Part shown: piece by piece, positions 46,801 to 56,143 of the stretch
How positions within the stretch are numbered: position 1 is the stretch's first letter
How the letters are laid out: each line of letters starts with the position of its first letter
Assembly: GCA_041752695.1 (NCBI GenBank)
Contig: JBGSVZ010000047.1
Location: forward strand, 65,299-129,298
DNA from: Terrimicrobiaceae bacterium
Lineage (GTDB): Bacteria; Verrucomicrobiota; Verrucomicrobiia; Chthoniobacterales; Terrimicrobiaceae
Length of the DNA: 64,000 nt
Reading direction: 5' to 3'
The notes under the pieces: model-generated
What the model was told of the DNA's origin: nothing
Databases searched by the model: none
Seen by the model: only the letters and a program-made list of their open reading frames with translations
Made by a program: the position numbers and the translations under genes

Positions 46801-47194
46801 CCGCCTGCCAGGAGAAGAGGGCGAAGGTTCGGTAGTTCGTGACGAGAATCTGGCCGTAGTGTTCAAGATAGCCGCGCACCTGCGGGGTTTGTTCGAGGCC
46901 GGTGATGTCCTGCGCGAGGCCTTTCACCTCGATGACACCGCGCTCGGGTTTCATCTCCAGCAGGGTGGGGGACTCCTGGCCGTGTTTGCGGAGTTCCTTG
47001 GCGGAGAAGAGACCGCCATCGGGCAGACCTGCGCCAGTGTTGGCGGGATGCAGAACGGCGGTGATCTTGGGCTTGAGGGTGTCGCCGATGGTATTGAGGA
47101 GATTTCGAAGCGCAGGATAGCCCGAGGTCTCCGGCACGCCGACTCCGAGGGATTGATGCAGGTCGGTGAGGTAGTCGGCGACGGGGTGCGGCAT
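43802..47194 (-). CDS. Single-chain restriction-modification enzyme (PD-(D/E)xK nuclease + N6-adenine MTase + Type ISP-like C-terminal specificity domain; no helicase)
   Basis: LPDG..VIEVK; FYEPFLAEFD..GVWYTP; VLDPCCGTG (motif I); ILGNPPY (motif IV); YAYRPFD, WPRVPLP, VWAYTLGGYQVLKKWLSYR. Confidence 0.85.
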   Translation of the reverse strand: MPHPVADYLTDLHQSLGVGVPETSGYPALRNLLNTIGDTLKPKITAVLHPANTGAGLPDGGLFSAKELRKHGQESPTLLEMKPERGVIEVKGLAQDITGLEQTPQVRGYLEHYGQILVTNYRTFALFSWQAGKPVPGERYVVAENEQAFWAKVHTLRQDPKHPEHERLWQFLRRALLSTARIATPQDLAAFLASYAREARARVEVAPMGTLEPVKQALSDALGVRFEGEKGIHFFQSTLIQTLFYGIFSAWVLWHESHPAPGDRFQWRLSAQYLGLPILRTLFVQLAGDPKKVRALDLEEVLDWTEECLVRVDRTGFFARYDMGDAVQYFYEPFLAEFDPDLRKDFGVWYTPPEIVRYMVGSVDKALRENFHLPDGLADPSVVVLDPCCGTGAYLVENLRLIHRRLVEGYGEAQAALKIREVAKKRLYGFELLPAPYVVSHLQIDLLLTRWGASLNHEHDERAGVYLTNALTGWVPIKSPKDLPFSEFTEERDAADQVKQQEQILVILGNPPYDGFAGLAVEEERNLSEAYRETKQAPKPQGQGLNDLYIRFFRMAERRIAEGVPQSDELKPGPPRPDAKGIVCYVSNYSWLDGLSHTGMRERYMEVFDSITIDCLNGDKYKTGKKTPDGQPDPSVFSTDKNREGIQVGTAIALMERWPDGKSRSLAADPTAYTPHAELGFRHWWGKEKRGELAESLEKTKPLLGLKPTIKFGLPFVPMGMKAEYHAWPSLPSLLPKLLPGVQTKRDDFVIAYEKEELLKRLQDYFDHTVSDSRIARMYPRAMEKTERFNPHEVRKYLLKRGFLADHVVRYAYRPFDIRWVYWEPETKLLGEKSPDIFPQAFKGNIFIEARQRQVKSDFDRGYVVTALPDNFGNGFSSFFPLFLKPISNDISSDNTHPDLFTSDNPSGPQPNLTEHAKSYLAGLKCGAEDLFFHIVAVLHAPLYREENAGALRQDWPRVPLPKAASTLRAGAALGHSIAALLDPETPVPGVTDLKVRADLKGLGELTVAPGPDHKKTDPDLAIAARWGYAGQGGVTMPGPGMVRSGTRGEGFLDIHLNATTRWKDVPAPVWAYTLGGYQVLKKWLSYRESALLGRALTGEEAQDFTHHVRRIAAILALQEALNAHYQDSV

Positions 47195-47304
47195 TGCGCG
47201 GGCATCCTAGACAGGGGCCGGGCGGTGTCGCAATGCTTGGGTTTCGCGGGGAGTCACTCGCGACTTGCCCGCGAAAGTGCTCCGGGAGAATAACTCACTT
47301 CACC

Positions 47305-47733
47305 ATGCGTATTTTCCTCTTGATTCTGACTCTATTTTTCTCTGGATGCGTCGGACAGTATTACCACAAGCGGGAAGGGATATGGAATTTGGGCTACTCG
47401 GATACCCAACTCGCCTCCGACACATGGCGCGTAAGTTGCAAGGGATATGCCATCGCCGAGGATAAGGCTGCGGATTTCGCACTGTTTCACGGCGCGCAAC
47501 TGTGCCTCAAGGCGGGATTCCCATTCTTCAAGATTGAGGAGGGGCGGGAAACTTCCACCACGCAGGGGGCGGGATATTTCTCAGGGGGATCAAGCTATGT
47601 CGGTGCCTACCAATACCCCAATGCATCGTTCACAATCCGCGGACTCAAGACTCGCGAGACCTCGGGGAAGCAAGTTTACGAGTCCCAATTCGTCTATAAC
47701 TCCATCAAGGCGAAATATGGGTTGAAAGACTGA
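47305..47733 (+). CDS. Lipoprotein (CC0125/CC1285-like)
   Basis: Lipobox FFSGC; GYSDTQL..WRVS..A.DFAL..GA.LCL..GF.FF. Confidence 0.7.
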   Translation: MRIFLLILTLFFSGCVGQYYHKREGIWNLGYSDTQLASDTWRVSCKGYAIAEDKAADFALFHGAQLCLKAGFPFFKIEEGRETSTTQGAGYFSGGSSYVGAYQYPNASFTIRGLKTRETSGKQVYESQFVYNSIKAKYGLKD

Positions 47734-47769
47734 TCGCTTTTGAGAGATTTTAAGCCGACAGTTTTTCGC

Positions 47770-47967
47770 ATGTCAGCCGAGACCCGCCGTTGGATCGCCC
47801 TCGCCGTAAGTTTGGCTGCGCCGGGTGTGCCGTTGATCTTTCTTGGATTGCCGGGACGGGGGCTGGCCTACTTTTTTGGCTTTTGGATAGCCATGGTGGT
47901 TTGCTTCCCGATCGCGGTTTTCATCTATGCGGCGGCATTCTCGGATTCCTTGGGGCAGGTGAATTGA
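47770..47967 (+). CDS. Small two-TM hypothetical membrane protein
   Basis: 65 aa with two hydrophobic stretches; fills the gap after the lipoprotein. Confidence 0.4.
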   Translation: MSAETRRWIALAVSLAAPGVPLIFLGLPGRGLAYFFGFWIAMVVCFPIAVFIYAAAFSDSLGQVN

Positions 47968-48052
47968 GGGTAGTGCGCTTCTTGCCCGAAGAGCGCCGAG
48001 GTTTTTCCCTTTGCTCCGACCCGCGGCCCTCTTTAGGATCAAAACCTTTCCC

Positions 48053-49738
48053 ATGAGTGCCAATTTGCGTCCCTTCTCCTCCATCGTTCTCGACGGCGAA
48101 AGCCGCGCCCCGAGCCGCGCCATGCTCTACCCCTGCGGTTTCACGGAGGCGGATTTTTCCAAACCCCAGATCGGCGTGGCCTCCACCTGGAGCATGGTGA
48201 CGCCGTGCAACATGCACATTGACCAACTCGCCCGCGAAGCGTCCCTGGGTATCAATCAGGCTGGCGGCAAGGCGACGATCTTCAACACGATCACCATCTC
48301 GGACGGCATCTCGATGGGCACCGAGGGGATGAAATATTCGCTCGTCTCGCGCGAGGTCATCGCCGACTCGATCGAAACCGTGGTGGGTTGTCAGGGGTTC
48401 GATGGATTTGTGGCCATCGGCGGCTGCGACAAAAACATGCCGGCCTGCTGCATCGCCATGGCCCGCCTTGATCGTGCGTCCGTTTTTGTTTACGGCGGAA
48501 CCATTCTTCCCGGCTGTCTCAACGGCCGAAATCTGGACGTCGTGTCGGTCTTCGAAGCGGTCGGCGCGGAAGCCGCGGGCAAAATCACCAAAAAGGAAAT
48601 GCACGAAGTCGAGGCCTGCGCCATCCCCGGCCCGGGTTCCTGCGGCGGAATGTACACCGCCAATACCATGGCCTCGGCCATCGAAGCCATGGGGCTGAGT
48701 TTGCCGAACAGTTCCGCGCAGGCGGCCGTCTCCAGCCACAAGGTGAAGGATTGTCACGATGCGGGCGCGGCTGTGCTGAACATGCTGAAGCGCGGCATCC
48801 GGCCTTCCCACATCTTCAGCCGGGAGTCGATGGAAAATGCCATCACCGTGGTCATCGCCCTCGGCGGTTCGACCAACGCTGTACTCCACCTTCTCGCCAT
48901 CGCTCACGCCGCCAAGGTGAAGCTCACCATTGACGACTTCACCCGCATCGGCAAACGCGTGCCTGTCCTGGCCGACCTCAAGCCGAGCGGAAAATACCTC
49001 ATGAGCCAGCTCGTCGAAATCGGCGGGATCGTGCCCATGATGAAGGACCTTCTCGGGGCCGGACTCCTCCACGGTGACTGCCTCACCGTGACCGGCAAGA
49101 CCCTCAAACAAAATCTGGCCGCCTTCAAATCCTACCCCAAGGGCCAGCAGATCATCGCCCCGCTCAGCAAGCCGCTGAAGAAGGAAAGCCATCTCGTCAT
49201 CCTCCGCGGCAATCTCGCCCCCGATGCTGGCGTGGCCAAGATCAGCGGCAAGGAAGGCGAACGCTTCAGCGGCCAGGCCCGCGTTTTCGAGGGCGAGGAA
49301 AAAGCCATGTCCGCCATCCTCGGAGGCAAAATCAAAAAGGGCGACGTCATCGTGATTCGCTACGAAGGCCCCCGCGGCGGTCCCGGCATGCGCGAGATGC
49401 TTTCGCCCACCAGTGCCGTAATGGGCCTGGGACTGGGCAAGGATGTGGCTCTCATCACCGACGGACGTTTCTCCGGTGGCACGCATGGTTTTGTGGTCGG
49501 CCATATCACGCCTGAAGCCTTCGACGGCGGACCCCTCGCCATTGTGAAAAATGGAGACACCATCACCATCGACGCGGCCACCCGGACCCTGACACTCGAT
49601 GTTTCGAAAACCGAAATCGCCGCGCGCCTTGCTCAATGGAAACGTCCCAAACCCCGCTACCGTCGCGGCGTTCTCGCCAAATACGCCGCCAGCGTGACCA
49701 CGGCGTCCGAGGGGGCGGTGACCGACGCGGGGCTCTAG
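48053..49738 (+). CDS. ilvD: Dihydroxy-acid dehydratase
   Basis: [65 protein letters not shown]. Confidence 0.97.
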   Translation: MSANLRPFSSIVLDGESRAPSRAMLYPCGFTEADFSKPQIGVASTWSMVTPCNMHIDQLAREASLGINQAGGKATIFNTITISDGISMGTEGMKYSLVSREVIADSIETVVGCQGFDGFVAIGGCDKNMPACCIAMARLDRASVFVYGGTILPGCLNGRNLDVVSVFEAVGAEAAGKITKKEMHEVEACAIPGPGSCGGMYTANTMASAIEAMGLSLPNSSAQAAVSSHKVKDCHDAGAAVLNMLKRGIRPSHIFSRESMENAITVVIALGGSTNAVLHLLAIAHAAKVKLTIDDFTRIGKRVPVLADLKPSGKYLMSQLVEIGGIVPMMKDLLGAGLLHGDCLTVTGKTLKQNLAAFKSYPKGQQIIAPLSKPLKKESHLVILRGNLAPDAGVAKISGKEGERFSGQARVFEGEEKAMSAILGGKIKKGDVIVIRYEGPRGGPGMREMLSPTSAVMGLGLGKDVALITDGRFSGGTHGFVVGHITPEAFDGGPLAIVKNGDTITIDAATRTLTLDVSKTEIAARLAQWKRPKPRYRRGVLAKYAASVTTASEGAVTDAGL

Positions 49739-49741
49739 GAC

Positions 49742-49824
49742 GTTTTAGGTTTTAAGAATTTAGGGTTAAGCGGGGATTTTCTCGCGGCGACTTTCTGAAA
49801 ACTGACAAACTGAAATCTTAAAAC
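49742..49824. repeat. AT-rich imperfect inverted repeat built from 7-8-nt periodic units
   Basis: GTTTTAG GTTTTAAG AATTTAG GGTTAAG ... CTGAAAA CTGACAAA CTGAAAT CTTAAAAC. Confidence 0.5.
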
Positions 49825-49832
49825 TTTTCTCC

Positions 49833-52800
49833 ATGCGCGAAATTCCCGCCCATCCCGCTCAGGCCACGGCTTGGTTCGTCCAGGCTGCCTCGGACTCTCC
49901 TGCCGACCGGTGCGTGCAGCTCTCGTTGAGTCTGGGTGAGCGTTCGACGCCCGAGCACCTTCAGGCCTCCTGGCAAAAGGTGGCCGCCGTCCACGGCATG
50001 TTGCGGTCCGGTTTTCGTAAGGCGGCTGGCGGGGAACTGGCCCGCCGCGAGCATGACGTGGCGGAAAGTCCCTGGACCGCGCAGGATTGGCAGAATGTTC
50101 CGCCCGAGGAGATTCCAAAACGCTGGTCCGCGCTTCTGGAGGCCGAAGCTGCGCAGCCTATTGATCTGGCCAATCCGCCCCTCCTGCGGTTTCAGACCAT
50201 TCTTTTGCCGGGGGGACACTGCCACGTTCTGGCCACTTTTCCCAAGCTGCTCCTTGATGAGGACTCGCTCTTTCACCTCATCTGCGAATGGCTGGAAGCC
50301 TTGGAGGGAGTCCCTCCCGTCTTGAGTGAAAATCCCGAGTCCACCCCTTCCGTGGCGACTCCCGCCACCGCCGAGTGGTGGCGACAGTTTTTCTCCGGAG
50401 CCCCGGAACCTCTTGCCCTCCAGGTGCAACCATCCCCGGTCCCGACATCGGCCCACCGTCATCACGAAATTCTGCTCGACCGCGAAACATCGAAGTCTCT
50501 CAAGCGCCTCGGTCAGCGTCTTGGGGTATCCACCGGCGACATTCTTTTTGCGGCTTGGGGTTTGGTCCTCGGCCGCCTCACCTCGCAGCGCAGGGTGGTG
50601 GTTTTCTCTCCCTGCCGCCTCTCCGAGTCGCTGGAATGTGGTTTTTTTGACAACCTCCTTCCTGCTCATCTCACCATCAACGGCGGGCAGTCCATCGAGG
50701 CGTTTCTGAAAACCACCGCCCGGGAAGCGGCAGAGCGCGTGCAGAACGCCCTCATCCCGCTCGAGCGTGTTCTCCTTCTCTCCCAGCCCGCCCGGAAAAT
50801 CTCGCAGTTCTCCGCCGCGTTTTCCTGGTTGCCACCCGCGCTCAATGATCGCATTCACGATACGTATCCCCGCTGGATCAATTGCGACGCCCAGCTTTAC
50901 CGTCGGCCGTCCTTCCCGTTGAACCTCGAGGCCCGCGACGGGATCCGTCTTGCGCTCCGCCTCGAATACACCCAACTCTCCTCGTCTGAGGCTGAAAAAC
51001 TTCTCACCAGAGTCACAACGCTCCTCGACGATTTTTTGGGCGGCCCGACCCGCCGGCTTTCCGAACTGCGCATCCTTTCCGACGCCGAATTCCACGCGGC
51101 CAAAAAATGGGAGACGTCGACGCCGGGCCCGACGGTCCCGAGCTTGGAGGAACAGATTGCCGCCACCATTTCCCGGCACCCGGAGGCGCCAGCTGCCGAG
51201 GGGCCCGGCGAATCGGTTCTCACTTTCGCGGAACTCGATTCTCACGCCAACTCTCTCGCCGCCTGGTTGCGTCATGAAAACATTGCCGACGGCTGGAACA
51301 TTGCCGTCTGCCTCAATCAGACCGCCTGGCTGCCCGTGGCGATTCTCGGGGCCCTCCGGGCCGGGGATACCTGCGTGCCGCTCGACCCGGCCGGCCCGCC
51401 CGCCTGGCTCTCGCAGCGACTTGATGGGTATGATGTCGAGCTTGTCGTCTGCGATTCCGGGACGGCCGTTCATTTTGAAGGTACCACCCGCCGCCTGCTC
51501 ATCATCGATCAGCAGTGGGAGACCGTTTCTGCCGTTCCTTCGACTTCGACCGCCGCGCTCACCCCTCCCAAAGCTTCTTTCCTGATCGCTGGGACGGAGG
51601 CGGCCGCGCCGCCGATCCTCAACGCCCTCACCCCCAAAGCCGCCGCGCTGGCCGTTGCGGAAGCGGTGGAATTGCAGCGCCTCGAACCCGGTAGCCGGAT
51701 CCCCTTGCTCGCTCCGGCGGGCACGGGAGCCTTCATTGAGAGCATCCTGGCTTCCCTCTCTGCCGGCGCGACCTTGCTGCTCCTCGCCGATGCCGCGGCT
51801 CCGGAAACCAGCACCCACCTGCGCCTCACTAATGGCCAGTGGCGCGTTTGGCTTGCGGCGCGACGGCAGGCCAGCCAGGCGCTCCCCGAGAGCCTGCAGG
51901 TTGTCTGCGTTGATGCGGCGCCGAATCCGCCTTCGGTTTTCGCCGCCTGGCAGCAACTCAATCAAGGGCAGGCGCTCTGGATCTCTGCCTTGGGCCCTTC
52001 CGGCTTGACCGGCAATGCCGTGCGTTACATTTCCCCAGATCGCCGCGGAGACCTCACCGGGCTCCCGGAAACACCTCTCGGCCTGCCCGGGCCGGGCGTC
52101 CGCGCGACGCTCCGCGATTTTGAAGGCCAGCCCCTTCCTCCGTTTTTTCCGGGCACGGTGGAGATCGCGGTCGAGAACAATTCTGAGAAAAAACTCACGG
52201 TTCCCGGCTGGCGCGACGCGGCCGGCGTGCTCCATTTTTCGCCGGATTCCACGGCCGCCCTCACGCGTGCCCTTTGCGAATTTCCCGGGGTTCTTGATGC
52301 CTGCGCCGCCGTCCCCGTCGAGGGCCAGCCGCCGGCCGCCTGGGTGGTGCTCGCCGATGGTTCCAGCCAGATTCCCTCCGGACTGCGGGAGCATATGGAA
52401 AGCACGGTCTCCGACCGGCCGCAATTCCTCCTTCCTGTGGCGAACTTCCCGCTCTCCGCCTCGGGCGAGATCGATTTTCCGGCGCTCCCCCGCCCGCAAG
52501 CCTCCGCCGGTTCCAAACCGCAGCCGGCCGCTCCCCCTGCGCCCGCCCGCGAATGGTCCCCCCTCACGTCGGTCAACAAACCTTCCGACGCCCCGTTGCT
52601 TTTCCTCATCCACGATATCGAAGGCGACCCCGGCGGTTACCGGAGTCTCGCCGCCTTGCTTTCCAGCGAGTGGACGATCTACACCACCACCGCGCGAGGC
52701 CTGCACCAACCCTCCGCCTGCCACACGTCCCTGGAATCCGAAGCTGCCGCCTTGGTCGAGGCCATCTGCCTGCTTGATCCCGAAGGCCCTTACCATCTGA

Positions 52801-53246
52801 TCGGGCATGGTTTTGGCGGACTCCTGGCTTTCGAAATGGCCCGCCAACTGCGCGTCGCCCGCCGTGACGTCCCCTACCTCGCCATCGCCGGAACCCGGCC
52901 GCCGGAACTGGAGGAAGTCAAATCCTCCGGCTGGCTTCAGTCGCTGACCAAAGCCTTCAAAAAAGCCCCCCGGGAAACTCTGGAAAACCCCGATGCCGGT
53001 CCCGTGGAAAAAGGCCACCTTCGCGCCCTGCAAAACTACCGCACCAAGCCGCTGGACGGGGTGGTCGGCCTCATTCTTGCCGCCGACCAGAGCGACGAAA
53101 TCGAGGAGGCCTGGCTCGACTGCGCTCCCGAAGCTTTTATCGAACGGATGAGCTGCCACAGCCGCGAAATGCTGACCGAACCATCCGTCAAACGCCTGGC
53201 CGTCATCCTCCGCGACAGCTTCGTTGCCCCGGATGACGAAGGCTGA
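49833..53246 (+). CDS. NRPS-like protein (condensation-adenylation-thioesterase) with degenerate catalytic motifs and no carrier domain
   Basis: C domain (HGMLRSGF, IDLANPPLLR, GFFDNLLP); A domain (LTFAELDSHANSLA, GALRAGDTCVPLDP, FPLSASGEID); TE (PLLFLIH, PEGPYHLIGHGFGGLLAFEMARQL). Confidence 0.85.
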   Translation: MREIPAHPAQATAWFVQAASDSPADRCVQLSLSLGERSTPEHLQASWQKVAAVHGMLRSGFRKAAGGELARREHDVAESPWTAQDWQNVPPEEIPKRWSALLEAEAAQPIDLANPPLLRFQTILLPGGHCHVLATFPKLLLDEDSLFHLICEWLEALEGVPPVLSENPESTPSVATPATAEWWRQFFSGAPEPLALQVQPSPVPTSAHRHHEILLDRETSKSLKRLGQRLGVSTGDILFAAWGLVLGRLTSQRRVVVFSPCRLSESLECGFFDNLLPAHLTINGGQSIEAFLKTTAREAAERVQNALIPLERVLLLSQPARKISQFSAAFSWLPPALNDRIHDTYPRWINCDAQLYRRPSFPLNLEARDGIRLALRLEYTQLSSSEAEKLLTRVTTLLDDFLGGPTRRLSELRILSDAEFHAAKKWETSTPGPTVPSLEEQIAATISRHPEAPAAEGPGESVLTFAELDSHANSLAAWLRHENIADGWNIAVCLNQTAWLPVAILGALRAGDTCVPLDPAGPPAWLSQRLDGYDVELVVCDSGTAVHFEGTTRRLLIIDQQWETVSAVPSTSTAALTPPKASFLIAGTEAAAPPILNALTPKAAALAVAEAVELQRLEPGSRIPLLAPAGTGAFIESILASLSAGATLLLLADAAAPETSTHLRLTNGQWRVWLAARRQASQALPESLQVVCVDAAPNPPSVFAAWQQLNQGQALWISALGPSGLTGNAVRYISPDRRGDLTGLPETPLGLPGPGVRATLRDFEGQPLPPFFPGTVEIAVENNSEKKLTVPGWRDAAGVLHFSPDSTAALTRALCEFPGVLDACAAVPVEGQPPAAWVVLADGSSQIPSGLREHMESTVSDRPQFLLPVANFPLSASGEIDFPALPRPQASAGSKPQPAAPPAPAREWSPLTSVNKPSDAPLLFLIHDIEGDPGGYRSLAALLSSEWTIYTTTARGLHQPSACHTSLESEAAALVEAICLLDPEGPYHLIGHGFGGLLAFEMARQLRVARRDVPYLAIAGTRPPELEEVKSSGWLQSLTKAFKKAPRETLENPDAGPVEKGHLRALQNYRTKPLDGVVGLILAADQSDEIEEAWLDCAPEAFIERMSCHSREMLTEPSVKRLAVILRDSFVAPDDEG

Positions 53247-53417
53247 GAGCGTGTCTAAAGATGCGGATTTTTGGGAAAAATGGAGGGATGCGGGTTGCTG
53301 GCTGCGCCACCCTCCGGGCTTCGCTCCGCTCCGGCTATCTCCCCTTCGCTGCGATTTTCGCATCCCAAGGTGCCGAGGGCCCGGCACCCTCCACGATTCG
53401 CATTTTTAGACACACTC
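53247..53417. mobile_element. 171-bp MITE, IS5-family (IS1031-like) ends, TGA target duplication
   Basis: Left end GAGCGTGTCTAAAGATGCGGAT; reverse complement of right end GAGTGTGTCTAAAAATGCGAAT (19/22); TGA on both flanks (53244-53246, 53418-53420); no transposase ORF. Confidence 0.7.
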
Positions 53418-53512
53418 TGAGTTCCTCGCGATGGCGGAAGTCCGGGCGCTTGGCAAGCCTTCCGGGAAAGTGAAGGTGGACGAATTTTTTCTTCCCCACT
53501 ACGCTTTCTTCC

Positions 53513-53743
53513 ATGCCATCACCTTCCGAGCCACAACCCGTTATTGTCCGGGAGGTTCCGATTGAGCTCTGCCAGTTTCTCAAATTCGGCGGCCTCACAG
53601 AAAGCGGAGGCGAGGCGAAACAATTCATCAGCGCGGGATTTGTGCTGGTGAATGGCGAAGTGGAAACCCGGAAGCGTAGAAAATTGCAGGCCGATGATCA
53701 CGTCACGCTCCGGGGACAGACCATTGTCGTGCAATTGGCTTAA
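53513..53743 (+). CDS. S4-domain RNA-binding protein (YbcJ/YaaA-like)
   Basis: IELCQFLK..SGGEAK..V.VNGEVETRKRRKL. Confidence 0.9.
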   Translation: MPSPSEPQPVIVREVPIELCQFLKFGGLTESGGEAKQFISAGFVLVNGEVETRKRRKLQADDHVTLRGQTIVVQLA

Positions 53744-53757
53744 AGGCGTTTTTCCGA

Positions 53758-54993
53758 ATGTCATTTTCCACCCTTGGCCTCTCGGAATCGCTCCTGCGGG
53801 CGATCGATGACCACGGCTATTCCGTCCCCACTCCCATTCAAGAGGCTGCCATTCCGGCCATTCTGCGCGGAGGGGACGTCTGGGCCTCGGCGCAAACCGG
53901 TTCGGGCAAAACGGCGGCCTACCTTTTGCCCATCTTGCAGATCTTGGGGCAAAGTCCGCGTCGGCGAGGGCGGTTTGTTCGCGCCCTCATCCTCGTGCCG
54001 ACCCGCGAGCTGGCCATCCAAGTGGGCGCATCGATTCGCCAATACGGAGAATACCTGTCCCCTTCGCAAAAAACTTTAGTCGCGCACGGCGGGGTTTCCA
54101 TTAACCCGCAGATGATGGCCCTGGGCGGCGGGGCGGATATCCTGGTGGCCACCCCCGGACGCCTTTTGGATTTGCTCGATCACAACGCGTTGTCCCTCTC
54201 GTCCGTTTCGATTTTGGTGCTCGACGAGGCCGACCGACTTTTTGACGAAGGCTTCAGCGCCGAACTCGGCCGGATCGTCGCCCTGCTGCCGGAGAGTCGG
54301 CAAAGCCTGCTCTTCTCCGCGACCTTTCCAGCCGCGGTCTCCACCCTCGCCGCCTCGCTGCTGCGTGATCCCCTGCGGCTCGCCGTGCCCGCCGAACCTT
54401 TGACCCGTCCGGATATTGAGCAACGCGTGATTGAAGTCGACGGATCGCGCCGCACCCAATTGCTCCGGCATCTCATCGAAGAAAATCTGTGGACGAGTGT
54501 GCTTGTCTTTGTTGCCACGAAATATGCCACCGAGCACGTTTCCGATAAGCTTCGTCGCCTTGGTATCGACGCCACCGCCTTGCACGGCGAACTCAGTCAG
54601 GGCGCACGGAGTCAGGCCCTGGCGGATTTTCAAGCGGGCCGCGTCCGGGTCTTGATCGCGACGGATCTGGCAGCGCGCGGAATTGATGTCGTCCGGCTCC
54701 CGGTGGTGGTGAACTACGACCTGCCGCGCTCCGCGGTGGACTTCACCCACCGCATCGGCCGCACCGGCCGGGCAGGGGAGGCGGGCCTGGCGATCAGTTT
54801 TGTCAGCGCAGCCACACACGCCCACTTCCTGCTCATCGAAAAACGCCACGGGCTTTGTCTGCCGCGGGAACAGCTTGCGGGCTTTGAGCCCCTCGAAAAA
54901 GAAACGCCCGCCCAAGCCACCGGCGGCGTCAAAGGTCGCCGCAAAAGCAAAAAAGACAAACTTCGCGAGGCGGCCGCCCGGGCCGCACGGTAA
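53758..54993 (+). CDS. DEAD-box RNA helicase (RhlE-like)
   Basis: PTPIQ, AQTGSGKT, PTRELA, TPGRL, DEAD, SAT, ARGID, HRIGRTGRAG. Confidence 0.95.
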   Translation: MSFSTLGLSESLLRAIDDHGYSVPTPIQEAAIPAILRGGDVWASAQTGSGKTAAYLLPILQILGQSPRRRGRFVRALILVPTRELAIQVGASIRQYGEYLSPSQKTLVAHGGVSINPQMMALGGGADILVATPGRLLDLLDHNALSLSSVSILVLDEADRLFDEGFSAELGRIVALLPESRQSLLFSATFPAAVSTLAASLLRDPLRLAVPAEPLTRPDIEQRVIEVDGSRRTQLLRHLIEENLWTSVLVFVATKYATEHVSDKLRRLGIDATALHGELSQGARSQALADFQAGRVRVLIATDLAARGIDVVRLPVVVNYDLPRSAVDFTHRIGRTGRAGEAGLAISFVSAATHAHFLLIEKRHGLCLPREQLAGFEPLEKETPAQATGGVKGRRKSKKDKLREAAARAAR

Positions 54994-55231
54994 GCTTTTC
55001 GGCACGCGGTCCTCCCTAAGTCCCATGTGTTCCTGGGCCGCCCTCTCCCGGGCGGTCTGGGTGGTTGGCGCTGTGCGTGTGGCTTGCCCGTCTGGTGAGG
55101 TCGGCAAAACGCACACGAACAATCGGGAGCAGACTCACGAAGGGTAGGCGGCAAATGCATATTCTGCGGGTGTTTCAAATTGCGTTCACGGTGTCGGAGA
55201 CGACGTCTCACGAATGCGGTGCCCACCAGTC

Positions 55232-56143
55232 ATGATTCACCCCAAAAAGCAGATTCTTCAGCGGTTTCCCGGCAATCCCATCGTCACGAATGAGATGATG
55301 CCATTTAGTTGCCGGGGTGTCTTTAATTCATCCGCCGTCAAGCACCAGGGGAAATACGTCATGATCCTCCGCGCGGAAGGATACAACCTTTACGACTCGT
55401 TATGGCTGGCTCACAGCGACGATGGATACACTTGGACGATTGGTGACATGGTTCCCCTACCGGAGACTGAGGAGTACCGGCAATACGGGCTGAATCAATA
55501 CGACCCCCGGATCACCAAAATTGGGGACATCTATTATTTTACGTTTTGCGTTCACGGCCGGGACGTGCGGATGGGGCTGATGAGCACCCGGGACTTCCAG
55601 TCATTTTCCTGGGAGGGATTCATCACCGGAAACGGATTTCGCAATACCGTTCTCTTTCCGGAAAAGCTCAACGACCTCTACCTCGCCCTGGAGCGTCCCA
55701 ACGAGGCCGGGGACATCTGGCTCACGCAGTCGCCCGACCTGAAGTTCTGGGGTCAGCAAAAGATCGTTCTGCGCCACCAGGATGTACCGTGGGCCTGGGG
55801 AAAAATCGGTCCCTGCGGAACGCCGATCAAAACCCCTCAAGGATGGCTGATCATCTTCCATGGCGTGCAGTTGGTGTGTGGCACCGAATCAGTTTATCAC
55901 GCCGGGATTATGCTCACCGAGCTGGAGTGTCCCTGGAAGGTCATCCGCGTGGGCAACGAGCCAATCCTTACGCCCGAGCTGACTAATGAATTGATCGGGC
56001 ATGTCCCCACTGTCGTCTTCGCCTCGTCGCAAATCGTGGAAGAGGACGGTCGGGTAAAGGTCTATTTTGGAGCTTCCGATCGTTACCAATGCGTGGCCGA
56101 CACTACTATCGATCTCCTGCTCGAAGCTGCTCTCACGCGATGA
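55232..56143 (+). CDS. Glycoside hydrolase family 130 (beta-mannoside phosphorylase-like)
   Basis: NPI, VFNS, SDDG, YDPRIT, RNTVLFP, SPDL..W, KIGP..PIKT..GWL..HGV, YFGASD. Confidence 0.88.
   Translation: MIHPKKQILQRFPGNPIVTNEMMPFSCRGVFNSSAVKHQGKYVMILRAEGYNLYDSLWLAHSDDGYTWTIGDMVPLPETEEYRQYGLNQYDPRITKIGDIYYFTFCVHGRDVRMGLMSTRDFQSFSWEGFITGNGFRNTVLFPEKLNDLYLALERPNEAGDIWLTQSPDLKFWGQQKIVLRHQDVPWAWGKIGPCGTPIKTPQGWLIIFHGVQLVCGTESVYHAGIMLTELECPWKVIRVGNEPILTPELTNELIGHVPTVVFASSQIVEEDGRVKVYFGASDRYQCVADTTIDLLLEAALTR

Noticed and set aside
45146..49636. 715-aa (+, 45146-47293) and 571-aa (-, 47921-49636) ORFs opposite the R-M gene and ilvD
   Set aside because: Antisense shadows of well-supported genes.
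49818..53387. 1189-aa ORF antisense to the whole NRPS-like gene
   Set aside because: Mirror-frame shadow with no domain features; its start lies inside the MITE.
54994..55231. Intergenic region before GH130 checked for a c-di-GMP or other riboswitch
   Set aside because: GGCAAA occurs, but the paired GAAA/receptor architecture was not found.
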